Below are positions 17,985 through 26,504 of a stretch of 31,069 bases of DNA, one piece after another. This DNA comes from a virus (lineage: Duplodnaviria > Caudoviricetes). The notes beneath the pieces were generated by a model, which saw only the letters and a list, made by a program, of their open reading frames with translations, had not been told where the DNA came from and made no database searches. The stretch's first letter is position 1, and every line of letters starts with the position of its first letter. Where the stretch lies: positions 1 to 31,069 of the IMG/VR virus record IMGVR_UViG_3300044730_000145; one strand, 5' to 3'. A program made the translations under genes and the position numbers.

Positions 17985-18294
17985 TTGCTGGTGCTTGTGT
18001 TGTTTGTACTGGTTCGCTTGAAAGATTAATTGACCAAGCTTCGACGGTGTTGAAATACTTCGTAACACCTTCAGGTGATTTCCATTCACGACCACGAAGG
18101 TTGTAACTTACTTCGACCACATCGCCAGCGTTCAGGTTCGCGACCAGATCACATTTGTCATTCACGACTTGAAAGGTCAAGAATTGTGGATATTTTTCAT
18201 CAAACGTTTTGATTGTTAAATCTTGTTTGCGGAACTTTTCCGACATTGTTTGTAATGGCGTCACGTTGACAACCGTTCCTTTTTCTTTGTTCAT
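17956..18294 (-). CDS. DUF3127-like OB-fold single-stranded DNA-binding protein, 112 aa
   Basis: SEKFRKQD, YPQ, NLRGREW, YFNTVEAW and an acidic DDDDLPF tail. Confidence 0.85.
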   Translation of the reverse strand: MNKEKGTVVNVTPLQTMSEKFRKQDLTIKTFDEKYPQFLTFQVVNDKCDLVANLNAGDVVEVSYNLRGREWKSPEGVTKYFNTVEAWSINLSSEPVQTTQAPANEDDDDLPF

Positions 18295-18296
18295 GT

Positions 18297-18545
18297 TTAT
18301 TGTATTAAAGTTATTACTATTAAAGCGCCGACGACGTAACCGAACGCCAGCGAAAAAGCCATTTTGATTCGTTCATTCCATTGTTTGCTTTCAACCATGT
18401 AGCCAGCAAAAGCCAACGACAAGAATGGCGCGATGAAAGCGAACACAATCATTCCGAAGGTATTCTTGTCCGCGACAAATCGAATGTAAAACGTCGAACA
18501 TATTTCCAAGACAACCGCGGACGCGAAAATGATTGCGTATTTCAT
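18297..18545 (-). CDS. Small multi-pass membrane protein, 82 aa
   Basis: Three hydrophobic segments; ATGA-coupled. Confidence 0.65.
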   Translation of the reverse strand: MKYAIIFASAVVLEICSTFYIRFVADKNTFGMIVFAFIAPFLSLAFAGYMVESKQWNERIKMAFSLAFGYVVGALIVITLIQ

Positions 18546-18763
18546 TTGTCTAAGTTTACATCATTGTCGCGAAGGATGTCGAAGAATTTTTCCCGAATTC
18601 GTTCAACTATTTTCCATTCTTCGTCGCTTAGTTCCTCGTATTTCCATAGCGTTCGAAGTTCGCTGTTGATTTCCCACAACGCGTTCAGCATCGCCGTTCC
18701 TTTCGTCGCGCAATAGAATTCCGCGTCGTCGTCTGGTAGGTTGAATTCAATTGTTGCTTTCAT
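18542..18763 (-). CDS. Hypothetical phage protein, 73 aa
   Basis: MKATIEFNLPDD start; ATGA-coupled on both sides. Confidence 0.7.
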   Translation of the reverse strand: MKATIEFNLPDDDAEFYCATKGTAMLNALWEINSELRTLWKYEELSDEEWKIVERIREKFFDILRDNDVNLDK

Positions 18764-18984
18764 GATTGCGTATCGCGATTTTCGATATAGGTATCGGAAT
18801 AGTATTGTTCGGCATATCTATCGGCATCCATTTCAAACATTGCACTGTCTTTATGTGCATTAATTATTTGTTCGCGTTCCATTTCAATCGCGGTGTCAAG
18901 AATTTTCGACACCCATGGAATGTGTTCCGCCATTGCTTTCAATGAAAGCTGGTCGATTAGGTAATTTGTTGCGGTTTGTTTCAT
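18760..18984 (-). CDS. Hypothetical phage protein, 74 aa
   Basis: MKQTA...AIEMEREQII...EQYY pattern; coupled. Confidence 0.7.
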   Translation of the reverse strand: MKQTATNYLIDQLSLKAMAEHIPWVSKILDTAIEMEREQIINAHKDSAMFEMDADRYAEQYYSDTYIENRDTQS

Positions 18985-19239
18985 TTGTTATTGTATAGTA
19001 TATTATTAAATGTTTTGAATTCATCAATCGACACCGATTTCAAATCGAATTGACCTTCATTGCTGGTCACTGAAATCGTGTAATCATGACCAAGATTGTT
19101 TAGATATTCAGTAATGAAAAACGCGGTGTCAAGTTCTTCGGAATTACATTCCAGAATAAAAAATTTCTTCATTTGTTATTCAGTTTATAATTAGCCAAAT
19201 GTGTTATTTTAATTTAGTTTTGGCTTCATTTGTTATTCA
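18980..19239. repeat. Three copies of the gene-junction repeat TTCATTTGTTATT
   Basis: At 18980-18992, 19168-19180 and 19225-19237; the last two share 16 bp. Confidence 0.8.
18981..19172 (-). CDS. Hypothetical protein, 63 aa (AT-rich)
   Basis: ORF flanked by direct repeats; coupled to the next gene. Confidence 0.6.
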   Translation of the reverse strand: MKKFFILECNSEELDTAFFITEYLNNLGHDYTISVTSNEGQFDLKSVSIDEFKTFNNILYNNK

Positions 19240-19846
19240 ATTTAGATATTCTTTCAATATAGTATTCCGTTGCGACCTGACAACGTTCAATCATTTGTCT
19301 TTCAAGTTCAAGGTCGCGTTCAAATGTGATTGACGTGATTCGCTTTCGTGGATCAATGTGGTCAACCTTGTGAAGTGATTTATCATCGTATTGCGTCAAG
19401 AATTCGTCCCAAGTCGAAACCATGCAATAAACCAGTTCGAATTCAAATCGGTTGTACAAAAGCATGTAAGCGCGTCCCTGCCATTCATAATCTTTCGCGT
19501 CGATGTCTTCAGGCAATTCCGGGAACGTGTCAAGTGACCAGCTTGTCTTGATGTCAATTATTTTTTCGTTTGTAATTATATCACATTCGCCAGTCATACA
19601 ATCGTTTTCAACACGTTGTGTGTTCTTTTGGTAGTTGTCGAAACACACCGCGTTCAATAGCTGAATTGATTCAAGTTCTTGATTGATTCCTTTGTCAAGA
19701 TACCGATTAACCAGCGGTGAAGTGTAGCCGAAGAAATCTTCTTTTGCAAGCTGGTCGATATACGACTTCGCCGTTTGTGACAACACGTCGGTTTTCGACC
19801 GGGACGTTGTCATGAGTTTTCCCATTTGTGATGCACGCCATTTCAT
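19226..19846 (-). CDS. Lambda-exo/YqaJ-like PD-(D/E)xK exonuclease, 206 aa
   Basis: RASQMGKLM, GECDII, IIDIKTSW and YEWQGRAYM; near the ERF gene. Confidence 0.8.
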   Translation of the reverse strand: MKWRASQMGKLMTTSRSKTDVLSQTAKSYIDQLAKEDFFGYTSPLVNRYLDKGINQELESIQLLNAVCFDNYQKNTQRVENDCMTGECDIITNEKIIDIKTSWSLDTFPELPEDIDAKDYEWQGRAYMLLYNRFEFELVYCMVSTWDEFLTQYDDKSLHKVDHIDPRKRITSITFERDLELERQMIERCQVATEYYIERISKLNNK

Positions 19847-20040
19847 AATTGTTCGATTTTATATTCCCATTCAATCCATTGTTCCAAGGTTGCATTGACT
19901 TTGTCAAACATATAACTTGAACGGTTTTCGTTTAATTCCCACAAAAAATTTTCTTCATCCATTCCCATGTAACACCAAAAACCACCGTCTTTATGTTTTT
20001 CTTTTTCAATCCAGATTCTAAAGTATTTGATAAATTTCAT
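19843..20040 (-). CDS. Hypothetical protein, 65 aa (AT-rich)
   Basis: ATGA-coupled on both sides; flanked by an 11-bp direct repeat. Confidence 0.6.
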   Translation of the reverse strand: MKFIKYFRIWIEKEKHKDGGFWCYMGMDEENFLWELNENRSSYMFDKVNATLEQWIEWEYKIEQL

Positions 20041-20240
20041 AATTCAAGTAAATTTAGTTTAACATTTGACCAATAAATGAAGTCACGCGATTTGATGTCA
20101 ACGTCCTTCATTAATTCTTGAACCAGAATCAACGCGCATGATTTCCTTGCCATGAATGTCTTGACCTTCGAATCGTATTCGATGAAATCAAACAAGTCAA
20201 ACAAATACTTTGCGCGTTGTTCCGCGGTCATTTCTTTCAT
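20037..20240 (-). CDS. Hypothetical phage protein, 67 aa
   Basis: MTAEQRAKYL...YWSNVK; coupled. Confidence 0.65.
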   Translation of the reverse strand: MKEMTAEQRAKYLFDLFDFIEYDSKVKTFMARKSCALILVQELMKDVDIKSRDFIYWSNVKLNLLEL

Positions 20241-20776
20241 TTCAGTTGATTGATTTGTTCAGGTGTCAATAAATAAGTCGCTTTCAATTTATCAACCGTG
20301 AACTTGCCTTCGGAAATTGCCTTCAAAGCGTTCTTGAATCGTTCTTCGTCAATCGTCGGTTTGCCTGACGGCTTGCTTGCTTCGTTCCCGTCGTCGTCGA
20401 TTGCTTGAAGTGATAACAATGACTGAAGTGTTCCGCGACGAAGATACGTCACGCACGAAAGCATTTTTTGTGGATCAATTATGTTCACTGGAATTTCCAT
20501 GCACGATTCAATTAATTCACCTGAATCGATGTCAATGATTTGTGTGAAGACAAGATTCGCTTTGACTGGTTGCAAAAGAATCAAGCCATTCGCCAGCAAT
20601 ATCGGTTCAACCGTGTCCAGTAATGCGTTAATGTCAGCGTAACTTTTTTTGAAATGTGGATTCGTTGCGTTCTTCGCTACCTTTCCGATGTGTTGCTTCG
20701 CCGAATGAAGCTTGTGAAACAATCCCTTCGGTGCTTCAGTTGTGACCTCGTCGGTCGTTTTTCTTGTTGTCGCCAT
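20237..20776 (-). CDS. ERF-family single-strand annealing protein, 179 aa
   Basis: KNATNPHFKKSYAD, TYLRRGTLQSLL and DDDGN. Confidence 0.85.
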   Translation of the reverse strand: MATTRKTTDEVTTEAPKGLFHKLHSAKQHIGKVAKNATNPHFKKSYADINALLDTVEPILLANGLILLQPVKANLVFTQIIDIDSGELIESCMEIPVNIIDPQKMLSCVTYLRRGTLQSLLSLQAIDDDGNEASKPSGKPTIDEERFKNALKAISEGKFTVDKLKATYLLTPEQINQLK

Positions 20777-20798
20777 AATTATAAGTATTAAATTTCAC

Positions 20799-20828
20799 CA
20801 AAGATAAACAAAGTTTTCATTCGTGAAA
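20799..20828 (-). promoter_or_regulatory. Host-type promoter TATCTTTG (20799-20806) with an adjacent TTTCA-N4-TGAAA palindrome (20815-20828)
   Basis: Exact TAnnTTTG in the intergenic gap before the ERF gene. Confidence 0.65.
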
Positions 20829-20830
20829 CA

Positions 20831-21304
20831 TTAAAGTGTTAAATTTTTCACACGAACAATCCAAGTGTCACATTTGAACGGTTTGCTGAATCCGATTTCA
20901 CCTTCTTTTTTCAGTTGTTTGATTTGATGAAATTTACTTCTTGAAATGTGACCAGCAAGCCAACCTTTTGTCATGTCTGGATGAATGAAGACAAAGCAAT
21001 AAAATTCACATTCTTGCGTTGAATTGTAGTCAGGAACATGACACGTGTAAACTGGTGAAGGAATCGAACGGTTTTCTTGTGTCTTGACTTCAATCTTGAA
21101 TCCTTCAATCAACAAATCGAAATCGAAATCTTGTGCATGAACCACGTTTCGACCGATGTTGGTGTAATGGTCAAACACCAAGATTTCACCAAGCGCACCG
21201 ATTAAATTCCCTTCACCTTTACGAATTGAATTGTTCAGGCAATTAAATTTGTACAGCATTTCCGCACGAACGATTTGCTGTTTTGTTATTGTGAATTCAA
21301 TCAT
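20831..21304 (-). CDS. Putative PD-(D/E)xK endonuclease, 157 aa
   Basis: GALGE...DFDLL...KIEVKT catalytic pattern. Confidence 0.65.
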   Translation of the reverse strand: MIEFTITKQQIVRAEMLYKFNCLNNSIRKGEGNLIGALGEILVFDHYTNIGRNVVHAQDFDFDLLIEGFKIEVKTQENRSIPSPVYTCHVPDYNSTQECEFYCFVFIHPDMTKGWLAGHISRSKFHQIKQLKKEGEIGFSKPFKCDTWIVRVKNLTL

Positions 21305-21753
21305 TGCTTCACGAATTCATCGAACCATTCCACAAAGGTGTCGAAGTCACGCGCAATTATGTACACACCACCAGCGCGTTCGATTGATTCTTGGTATCGC
21401 TTTTGTGCTTCGCTTTGACGGTCTTTTCCGACCTTGACTTCAATCTTCACCGAGCGCCCACGAATAGTCGCTGAAATGTCAGCTGAACCAGCCGTGCTTG
21501 TTCCCTTCGTCCACGTCACACCGATCACTTTCCCGTCGGTTCGTTTGTTTTCCCTTGCGACGCCCATTGTGTTGATTCGTTCCGCTTGGAATCCGTTGAA
21601 CTGAATGAACGATGTGATTGCCTTGGTCAATCCGTTCGCGGTCTTGTCGTCCCATTTTTTCTTCACGAAGTAAGCTTCAGGGAATGAAGGATGTCTTTCG
21701 ATGTCATTCGCCAGCTTCAGCGCTTCAAGTCGTTGTTTGTTTTCTTTGTTCAT
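21301..21753 (-). CDS. VRR-NUC domain nuclease / resolvase, 150 aa
   Basis: GSADI...IEVK...QSEAQ...AGGVY. Confidence 0.8.
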   Translation of the reverse strand: MNKENKQRLEALKLANDIERHPSFPEAYFVKKKWDDKTANGLTKAITSFIQFNGFQAERINTMGVARENKRTDGKVIGVTWTKGTSTAGSADISATIRGRSVKIEVKVGKDRQSEAQKRYQESIERAGGVYIIARDFDTFVEWFDEFVKQ

Positions 21754-21992
21754 AATTTAACATTCAATATATATTCCTTATTTTCTTTCCATGCTTTCAA
21801 TTGATATTCACCCTTGGGCAGTTGCATCCATGTCTCACCAAATGTGGGAATGGTATCCGTGTATCCGACCACTTGAATGTAGTCGTATTGTTCCATTTTT
21901 ATATATCCATACGCATCGCATTGCTTTGAACTTTTGCACCCTATTAATATACTAATCAATAAAAGTGATTTGAAAATATATGCCATGTTCAT
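21750..21992 (-). CDS. Small putative lipoprotein, 80 aa
   Basis: KSLLLISILIG-C signal peptide with lipobox. Confidence 0.55.
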   Translation of the reverse strand: MNMAYIFKSLLLISILIGCKSSKQCDAYGYIKMEQYDYIQVVGYTDTIPTFGETWMQLPKGEYQLKAWKENKEYILNVKL

Positions 21993-22183
21993 TTTTTTTC
22001 AATATAGTATTTGCAATAAATATCACGCTTCAAATCATAATCAAGCTTTTCGAATAGCTTCAAATATCGATAAACGCTTCTTTCGCTGATATTCAAATAC
22101 CTTGACATTCCGTTCATGGTTCGCGGTTTGATTTCAAGTAATTGAATCAATTTTAATACTCGATAAATTTTGTGCTGGTTCAT
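21989..22183 (-). CDS. Stand-alone winged-HTH protein, 64 aa
   Basis: RVLKLIQLL...MSRYLNISERSVYRYL, resembling the HTH of WYL regulators. Confidence 0.7.
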   Translation of the reverse strand: MNQHKIYRVLKLIQLLEIKPRTMNGMSRYLNISERSVYRYLKLFEKLDYDLKRDIYCKYYIEKK

Positions 22184-22326
22184 GGCAATCCTTTGATTTC
22201 AATCCACAATGTCCCAGCAATTCCGATGACAAGACATCCAAGCGCACCCCACCAGCCGAATAAATAAATTGCAATCCACCAAATAACAATGGTCAAGATA
22301 AGCATTAACATAAGTAAGTAATTCAT
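22180..22326 (-). CDS. Small membrane protein, 48 aa (not in ORF track)
   Basis: MNYLLMLMLILTIVIWWIAIYLFGWWGALGCLVIGIAGTLWIEIKGLP; fills the gap and its stop is ATGA-coupled to the next gene. Confidence 0.65.
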   Translation of the reverse strand: MNYLLMLMLILTIVIWWIAIYLFGWWGALGCLVIGIAGTLWIEIKGLP

Positions 22327-22337
22327 ATTATATATAT

Positions 22338-24731
22338 TTAAAATGGACAATCGTTTTTCGGTGTAATTTCATTCGCTGGTGAACCTTCAGTCAAGATAAA
22401 ATAACGACCGGAATGGTTGTGTCCTTCGGTGTATTTGTATCCCTTGTGATTCGCGTATTCCTTAACCCACTTTTTAAATTTTTGCGTTGACAAGTCCTTG
22501 AATGAATTCGTTTCGGTTTGGAATTCCTGAAGTTTCGATTGATTGTAGTGATAAATGTCAAGTTCAAGATTCCCTTCACGCACGAATTCAAAGAAGTCCT
22601 TGCAAGTTGATTGAATGAATCGCTTCGTGTCCGCGTTGATTGATGTGGTTGCGGTCAATCCTTCGTTCAGGTATTTTTGAACGTTAGCAATCATGTAGTT
22701 GTCAAATTTTGACCAGTCATCTTTTGTCCAAGAATCGAACAACAAACGACCGTATTCTTTCAATGGTGAATGTTGCGCGTTGAAATACTGAAAAAATTCA
22801 AGTTCGTGACGTCTTCGGTCGTGACTTGATCCAGCGCCAGCAATCACATAGTTCGTGGTGATCACAATCTTCGGTGACCTTTCAAATGGAATGTATATTT
22901 CGTCCTTGTTTTTTCGATTGACGGTGATTCCTTGTGACACCACGCTGAACAATTGCTCAAAGTCGAAGTTCTTTTTCACGTCGTCGAAAGCGAGAATTTG
23001 CGTGTCCAGATTCACACGTTGATAAACGAAATCATTCTTCAAAGAATTGAATTGCTTTCCGTCCACGGTGACAAGATTCCTGAAGTAGTTAATTGCCGTC
23101 AACATCAATGACTTTCCTGAACCGCCATTCGCGTTGTCATCGATTTCTTGGTCGTTAAAAATAATTGCCTTTTGTTCGGTCTTGTCTTTGTAGGTGTGCA
23201 TTAAATAACCGAGCGTCGTTTCAAGCGCTTCGCTTCGTGTCTTGTCTTGATTCGACACCTTATAAATGAAATCTTGGAAATCGTTCTTGTGGTCGTCCAG
23301 CTGAACAAAGTCCCGGTTCAAGATTTGGTTTTCCCAAATGTAACCGTTGACATCAATGTAACTTTTCAACGTGACATCCTTCTTCGTGATTGTGACCACG
23401 CCATTCTTGAATGGAATGAAAGATTCGGTCTTGTTGTCCTGAAGCATTTTGACGTCGATTGAATCAATCATGTTCAGGAAATTTTCGCTGAACAAATAAG
23501 TTGACCGGGAACAATAGTTCCACACCGATATTTCACATCGCGATTCGAGATATTTCAACACGAAATCTTTGATTTGTTCCACCGATGACAATCGAACTTT
23601 GTTTTCATTGACCACAACGAATGTCGGTGACAACGCGCGTTCAGGGTAGTATTTCCCGAATCCATGCTTTGAAAGAAAAGCGCTGTAATTGTTAGGCTCG
23701 ATTGATATTTTTTCACCAGTTTTCAATTGTGTGATTGTCCAGAAAACGTCTTGGTTGTTTTCAACGTCCGATTTGATTTCTTCGATTTGTTCTTGGTCAA
23801 GTCCAAGCGCTTCGGTTATGTCCTTGGTCGCGATTCCTTGTCGAATTTTTATCTTCGCTTTGGTCAGCTTTTCATTGTCTTCGAAATACTTTGTTTTGAA
23901 GTCAGCGGTTCGATACGCGCTTTTGATTGTGTTCGCCAGTTCCGCTTTCGTGAAATCGCTCGACACGAATTGTTCAAGGTGATATTCGGCAACGTCGCGC
24001 GTTATTCCGTATTCGCAAAGACAAGCGGAAAGCTTGAAAATATAGTTGTTCCGATTCCCTGAATTGAATTCACCACCGAAATCGAACTTCATGATTCGTT
24101 CAATGATTTTTGATTCGTCCACCAATCGACACACTGGTGGACGTTCAAGGAAAATGTGTCCACGTTCTTCGTCAATGGTTGTGAATTCGTCACAAAATTC
24201 GTTCAAATAAGCGTCTGGATCGTAGCTTTCGAAACACACCCTTGAAACGTTTTGACTGGACGTGTCGAAGTAATCGGAATTCAATTCAAGTTCAAGCGCT
24301 TTGAATCGTCGCTTGTGTTCTTCTTTGGTTGATTGTGGTATCTTGACCACAACCTTCAGTCCTTTATTCGAAGGTGAAGTGAAGACCATGAACACGAACG
24401 GCAATGATTTGAACCGTTGCTTGTCTTGGTTCATTGTTTCTTCGTCAGGATAGTCGTCGAAGTCAAGAATGCACAACCCGGAATGTTCAATCAATCCGTT
24501 GTCGGTGCGCTGGTTGAATGTTCCATTAAACATAATCGCCAACAATGAATTCTTCAATGACCGATAAGCTTCGGTTGATTCGTCCATTTCACGAAGTCGG
24601 TTGATTTTCGAAACGAGTTCAGGATAGCCGTTTTTGATTCGATTGTAAACTTCGACCACGTTCATCGTGAACGGTGTTTCTTTGGCGTTAAATAACGACC
24701 TGAAGACCGATATATTTGGAATTAAATTCAT
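22338..24731 (-). CDS. Primase-helicase (VirE_N/BT4734-like + PriCT + SF3-type helicase), 797 aa
   Basis: HSGLCILDFD, FTSPSNKGLK, SRVCFESYDP; GNRNNYIFKL; Walker A GGSGKS, ILAFDD and ITTN. Confidence 0.88.
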   Translation of the reverse strand: MNLIPNISVFRSLFNAKETPFTMNVVEVYNRIKNGYPELVSKINRLREMDESTEAYRSLKNSLLAIMFNGTFNQRTDNGLIEHSGLCILDFDDYPDEETMNQDKQRFKSLPFVFMVFTSPSNKGLKVVVKIPQSTKEEHKRRFKALELELNSDYFDTSSQNVSRVCFESYDPDAYLNEFCDEFTTIDEERGHIFLERPPVCRLVDESKIIERIMKFDFGGEFNSGNRNNYIFKLSACLCEYGITRDVAEYHLEQFVSSDFTKAELANTIKSAYRTADFKTKYFEDNEKLTKAKIKIRQGIATKDITEALGLDQEQIEEIKSDVENNQDVFWTITQLKTGEKISIEPNNYSAFLSKHGFGKYYPERALSPTFVVVNENKVRLSSVEQIKDFVLKYLESRCEISVWNYCSRSTYLFSENFLNMIDSIDVKMLQDNKTESFIPFKNGVVTITKKDVTLKSYIDVNGYIWENQILNRDFVQLDDHKNDFQDFIYKVSNQDKTRSEALETTLGYLMHTYKDKTEQKAIIFNDQEIDDNANGGSGKSLMLTAINYFRNLVTVDGKQFNSLKNDFVYQRVNLDTQILAFDDVKKNFDFEQLFSVVSQGITVNRKNKDEIYIPFERSPKIVITTNYVIAGAGSSHDRRRHELEFFQYFNAQHSPLKEYGRLLFDSWTKDDWSKFDNYMIANVQKYLNEGLTATTSINADTKRFIQSTCKDFFEFVREGNLELDIYHYNQSKLQEFQTETNSFKDLSTQKFKKWVKEYANHKGYKYTEGHNHSGRYFILTEGSPANEITPKNDCPF

Positions 24732-24823
24732 ATCAAATAAAAAAGGGACGACCTTTCAACGATGGCGAACGTTTACTCGGTCAATCCCCTTTAATAAATT
24801 TCTTTGTTGTTGCGCCATGGTCA

Positions 24824-24831
24824 CAAAGCTA
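24824..24831 (-). promoter_or_regulatory. Host-type -7 promoter TAGCTTTG for the replication operon
   Basis: Exact TAnnTTTG with TTG about 23 nt upstream. Confidence 0.65.
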
Positions 24832-24855
24832 AACAAAAATTTCATTCATAATCAC

Positions 24856-25033
24856 AACGCGACAAATTTATTTTTTTGTAACGCGTTTTGTAACGGCTAT
24901 AAGTCAACACCACACTACGTTTCACCAATAGCGCGACAAAATTACAAAAGTTTTTACCCCCCCCCCTAAAAAATACCGCTTTTTTTTCTGGCAGGGTATA
25001 TAAGAGAATTGTAACTTTGTCGCGCTGTAACGC
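24856..25033. other. Putative replication origin
   Basis: Non-coding; 18-bp inverted repeat (24930-24947 / 25009-25026), CGCGACAAA and TGTAACG repeats, C10 run; next to the primase-helicase gene. Confidence 0.55.
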
Positions 25034-25059
25034 AAAAAAGCGCCAGTTTCCCAGCGCTT
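25034..25059 (-). terminator. Intrinsic terminator ending the early operon
   Basis: Minus strand AGCGCTGG-GAAA-CTGGCGCT followed by a T run. Confidence 0.8.
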
Positions 25060-25101
25060 CTCAACCAATTTTGCATGAATTTTTAATGAAAATACTTACT
25101 A

Positions 25102-25512
25102 TTATGAATGTGCGAATATAAGTGAAATGTCCGTCTTTGTCAATGGTCTTTCAAATTCTTTCAAAACTTGTTTACTAAACTTACCACGAATCGTGATTGA
25201 ATCTTCAGTCGATTCGCAATCGAAGAATTGATTCTTTGGAATCCGTCCTTCATCCGTCACCAGTTCGGGCAATGGGTGAATTGCGCGAAGGTATTCTTCG
25301 TCAAGTTGTGACCACCACCGTTCGTGTTCCTTCAATGCATGAATCACACTGGAATGATCCCGGTTGAATAGTTCACCGATTTCACGCAAACACAACCGTG
25401 AACGACAATGAAGGATGTTCATGAGATAGTATCGTTTGTAAACGATTTCGCGTTTTCGACTTGGTTTGTCCAGTTTGAATTCCGCAATGATTTCTTTGAT
25501 GTCTTCGTTCAT
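25102..25512 (-). CDS. DnaA domain IV-like HTH protein, 136 aa
   Basis: SRKREIVYKR...LREIGELFNRDHSSVIHA; ATGA-coupled start at 25512. Confidence 0.75.
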   Translation of the reverse strand: MNEDIKEIIAEFKLDKPSRKREIVYKRYYLMNILHCRSRLCLREIGELFNRDHSSVIHALKEHERWWSQLDEEYLRAIHPLPELVTDEGRIPKNQFFDCESTEDSITIRGKFSKQVLKEFERPLTKTDISLIFAHS

Positions 25513-25763
25513 TCTAAGTAGTTTTTTAATGCTTTCCAAAAGTCAAGCGGTTCATACAATTTTATTCCTTGTCCTGAAGAATAGTAATCGTCCATGTCAA
25601 GATTCCATTTGATCCAGCTCAAATCTTTTTCGATTTGACTTTTACAATAATTTGTTCCCATTCTTTCATTGACCTTTCGTTGAATTTGTTTTCCGGAATG
25701 TAATTTCAAATCGTTCAACAGTTCAACAATAATGTAACATCGTTTCAATTGTGGTATTTTCAT
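25509..25763 (-). CDS. Putative winged-HTH protein, 84 aa
   Basis: RCYIIVELL...CKSQIEKDLSWIK resembles the N-terminal HTH of WYL regulators. Confidence 0.55.
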   Translation of the reverse strand: MKIPQLKRCYIIVELLNDLKLHSGKQIQRKVNERMGTNYCKSQIEKDLSWIKWNLDMDDYYSSGQGIKLYEPLDFWKALKNYLE

Positions 25764-25903
25764 ATTTTTTGAATTACAAAGTGACCAAATATGTGTGTTC
25801 CCAGTTTATTAAATTCGTTCATTTTCCAGCGACAAAGCGCTTTCGTTGGGAATTCATAAGATTCGGCAAGCCGGGATTCATAAAAATAAAGTAGTTTATA
25901 CAT
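25760..25903 (-). CDS. Hypothetical protein, 47 aa (not in ORF track)
   Basis: MYKLLYFYESRLAESYEFPTKALCRWK...; overlaps both neighbours. Confidence 0.6.
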   Translation of the reverse strand: MYKLLYFYESRLAESYEFPTKALCRWKMNEFNKLGTHIFGHFVIQKI

Positions 25904-26054
25904 TTCTCAAAAGTTTAATTTCACAAATTTTCAAGTAAAGCTGGACGTCAAACGAACCACCTTTGTCGTTCGTGAAGCTTTGACGCGACCACCACCGAAC
26001 CATTGTCGGCAAGGTCATTTGTTGTTTTGGTTTTTGTTTAGAATTTGTCTTCAT
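25896..26054 (-). CDS. Hypothetical protein, about 52 aa
   Basis: MKTNSKQKPKQQMTLPTMVRWW...; start uncertain. Confidence 0.55.
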   Translation of the reverse strand: MKTNSKQKPKQQMTLPTMVRWWSRQSFTNDKGGSFDVQLYLKICEIKLLRNV

Positions 26055-26388
26055 TTGATTGTTGAATTTGTTGTTGTTCCCAAGCGTGCCATTTCCAGCG
26101 TTCTTCGTCCGACATGAATTCATGTGCGTCGAATTCGAATGGTTCTTCAAGAATTTGTCGTTTGACTTCGTGTTCAAGTTCTTTCCATTCTTCTTCGTTC
26201 AGGATGTAATCGATTTCGATTTCACCGATGTGTTGTGTCGTCCACACGTCTTCGAATTGAATGGTCACGTCAACGATGTCATGGTCAAGACATTTCACGT
26301 CAACGAATTTGAACGAACCTTCACCGAACTTGTCGAAATCGATTTCAAATGTGAATGAAGAATGGTTGTTGTCGAATGTTACTTTCAT
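26038..26388 (-). CDS. Acidic hypothetical early protein, 116 aa
   Basis: ORF track; ATGA-coupled start. Confidence 0.7.
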   Translation of the reverse strand: MKVTFDNNHSSFTFEIDFDKFGEGSFKFVDVKCLDHDIVDVTIQFEDVWTTQHIGEIEIDYILNEEEWKELEHEVKRQILEEPFEFDAHEFMSDEERWKWHAWEQQQIQQSNEDKF

Positions 26389-26504
26389 AAGAGATAAATT
26401 AAATAAAGTGATAAAATTGCAAAAATCGTCATTAACGCGGTGAACTTTACGAATTCACCGAATTGCTTCAGGAATTCTTGTGCTTCAGGATCAAGTTTTT
26501 TCAT
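26385..26504 (-). CDS. Small membrane-anchored protein, 39 aa (not in ORF track)
   Basis: MKKLDPEAQEFLKQFGEFVKFTALMTIFAILSLYLIYLL; ATGA overlaps on both sides. Confidence 0.65.
   Translation of the reverse strand: MKKLDPEAQEFLKQFGEFVKFTALMTIFAILSLYLIYLL

Noticed and set aside
18980-19239. Repeats as a mini-CRISPR array or att sites
   Set aside because: Only 13-16 bp, irregularly spaced, coding, with no cas or integrase gene.
24667-24969. 100-aa + strand ORF over the origin region
   Set aside because: Runs through repeats, a promoter and homopolymers; no coding signature.
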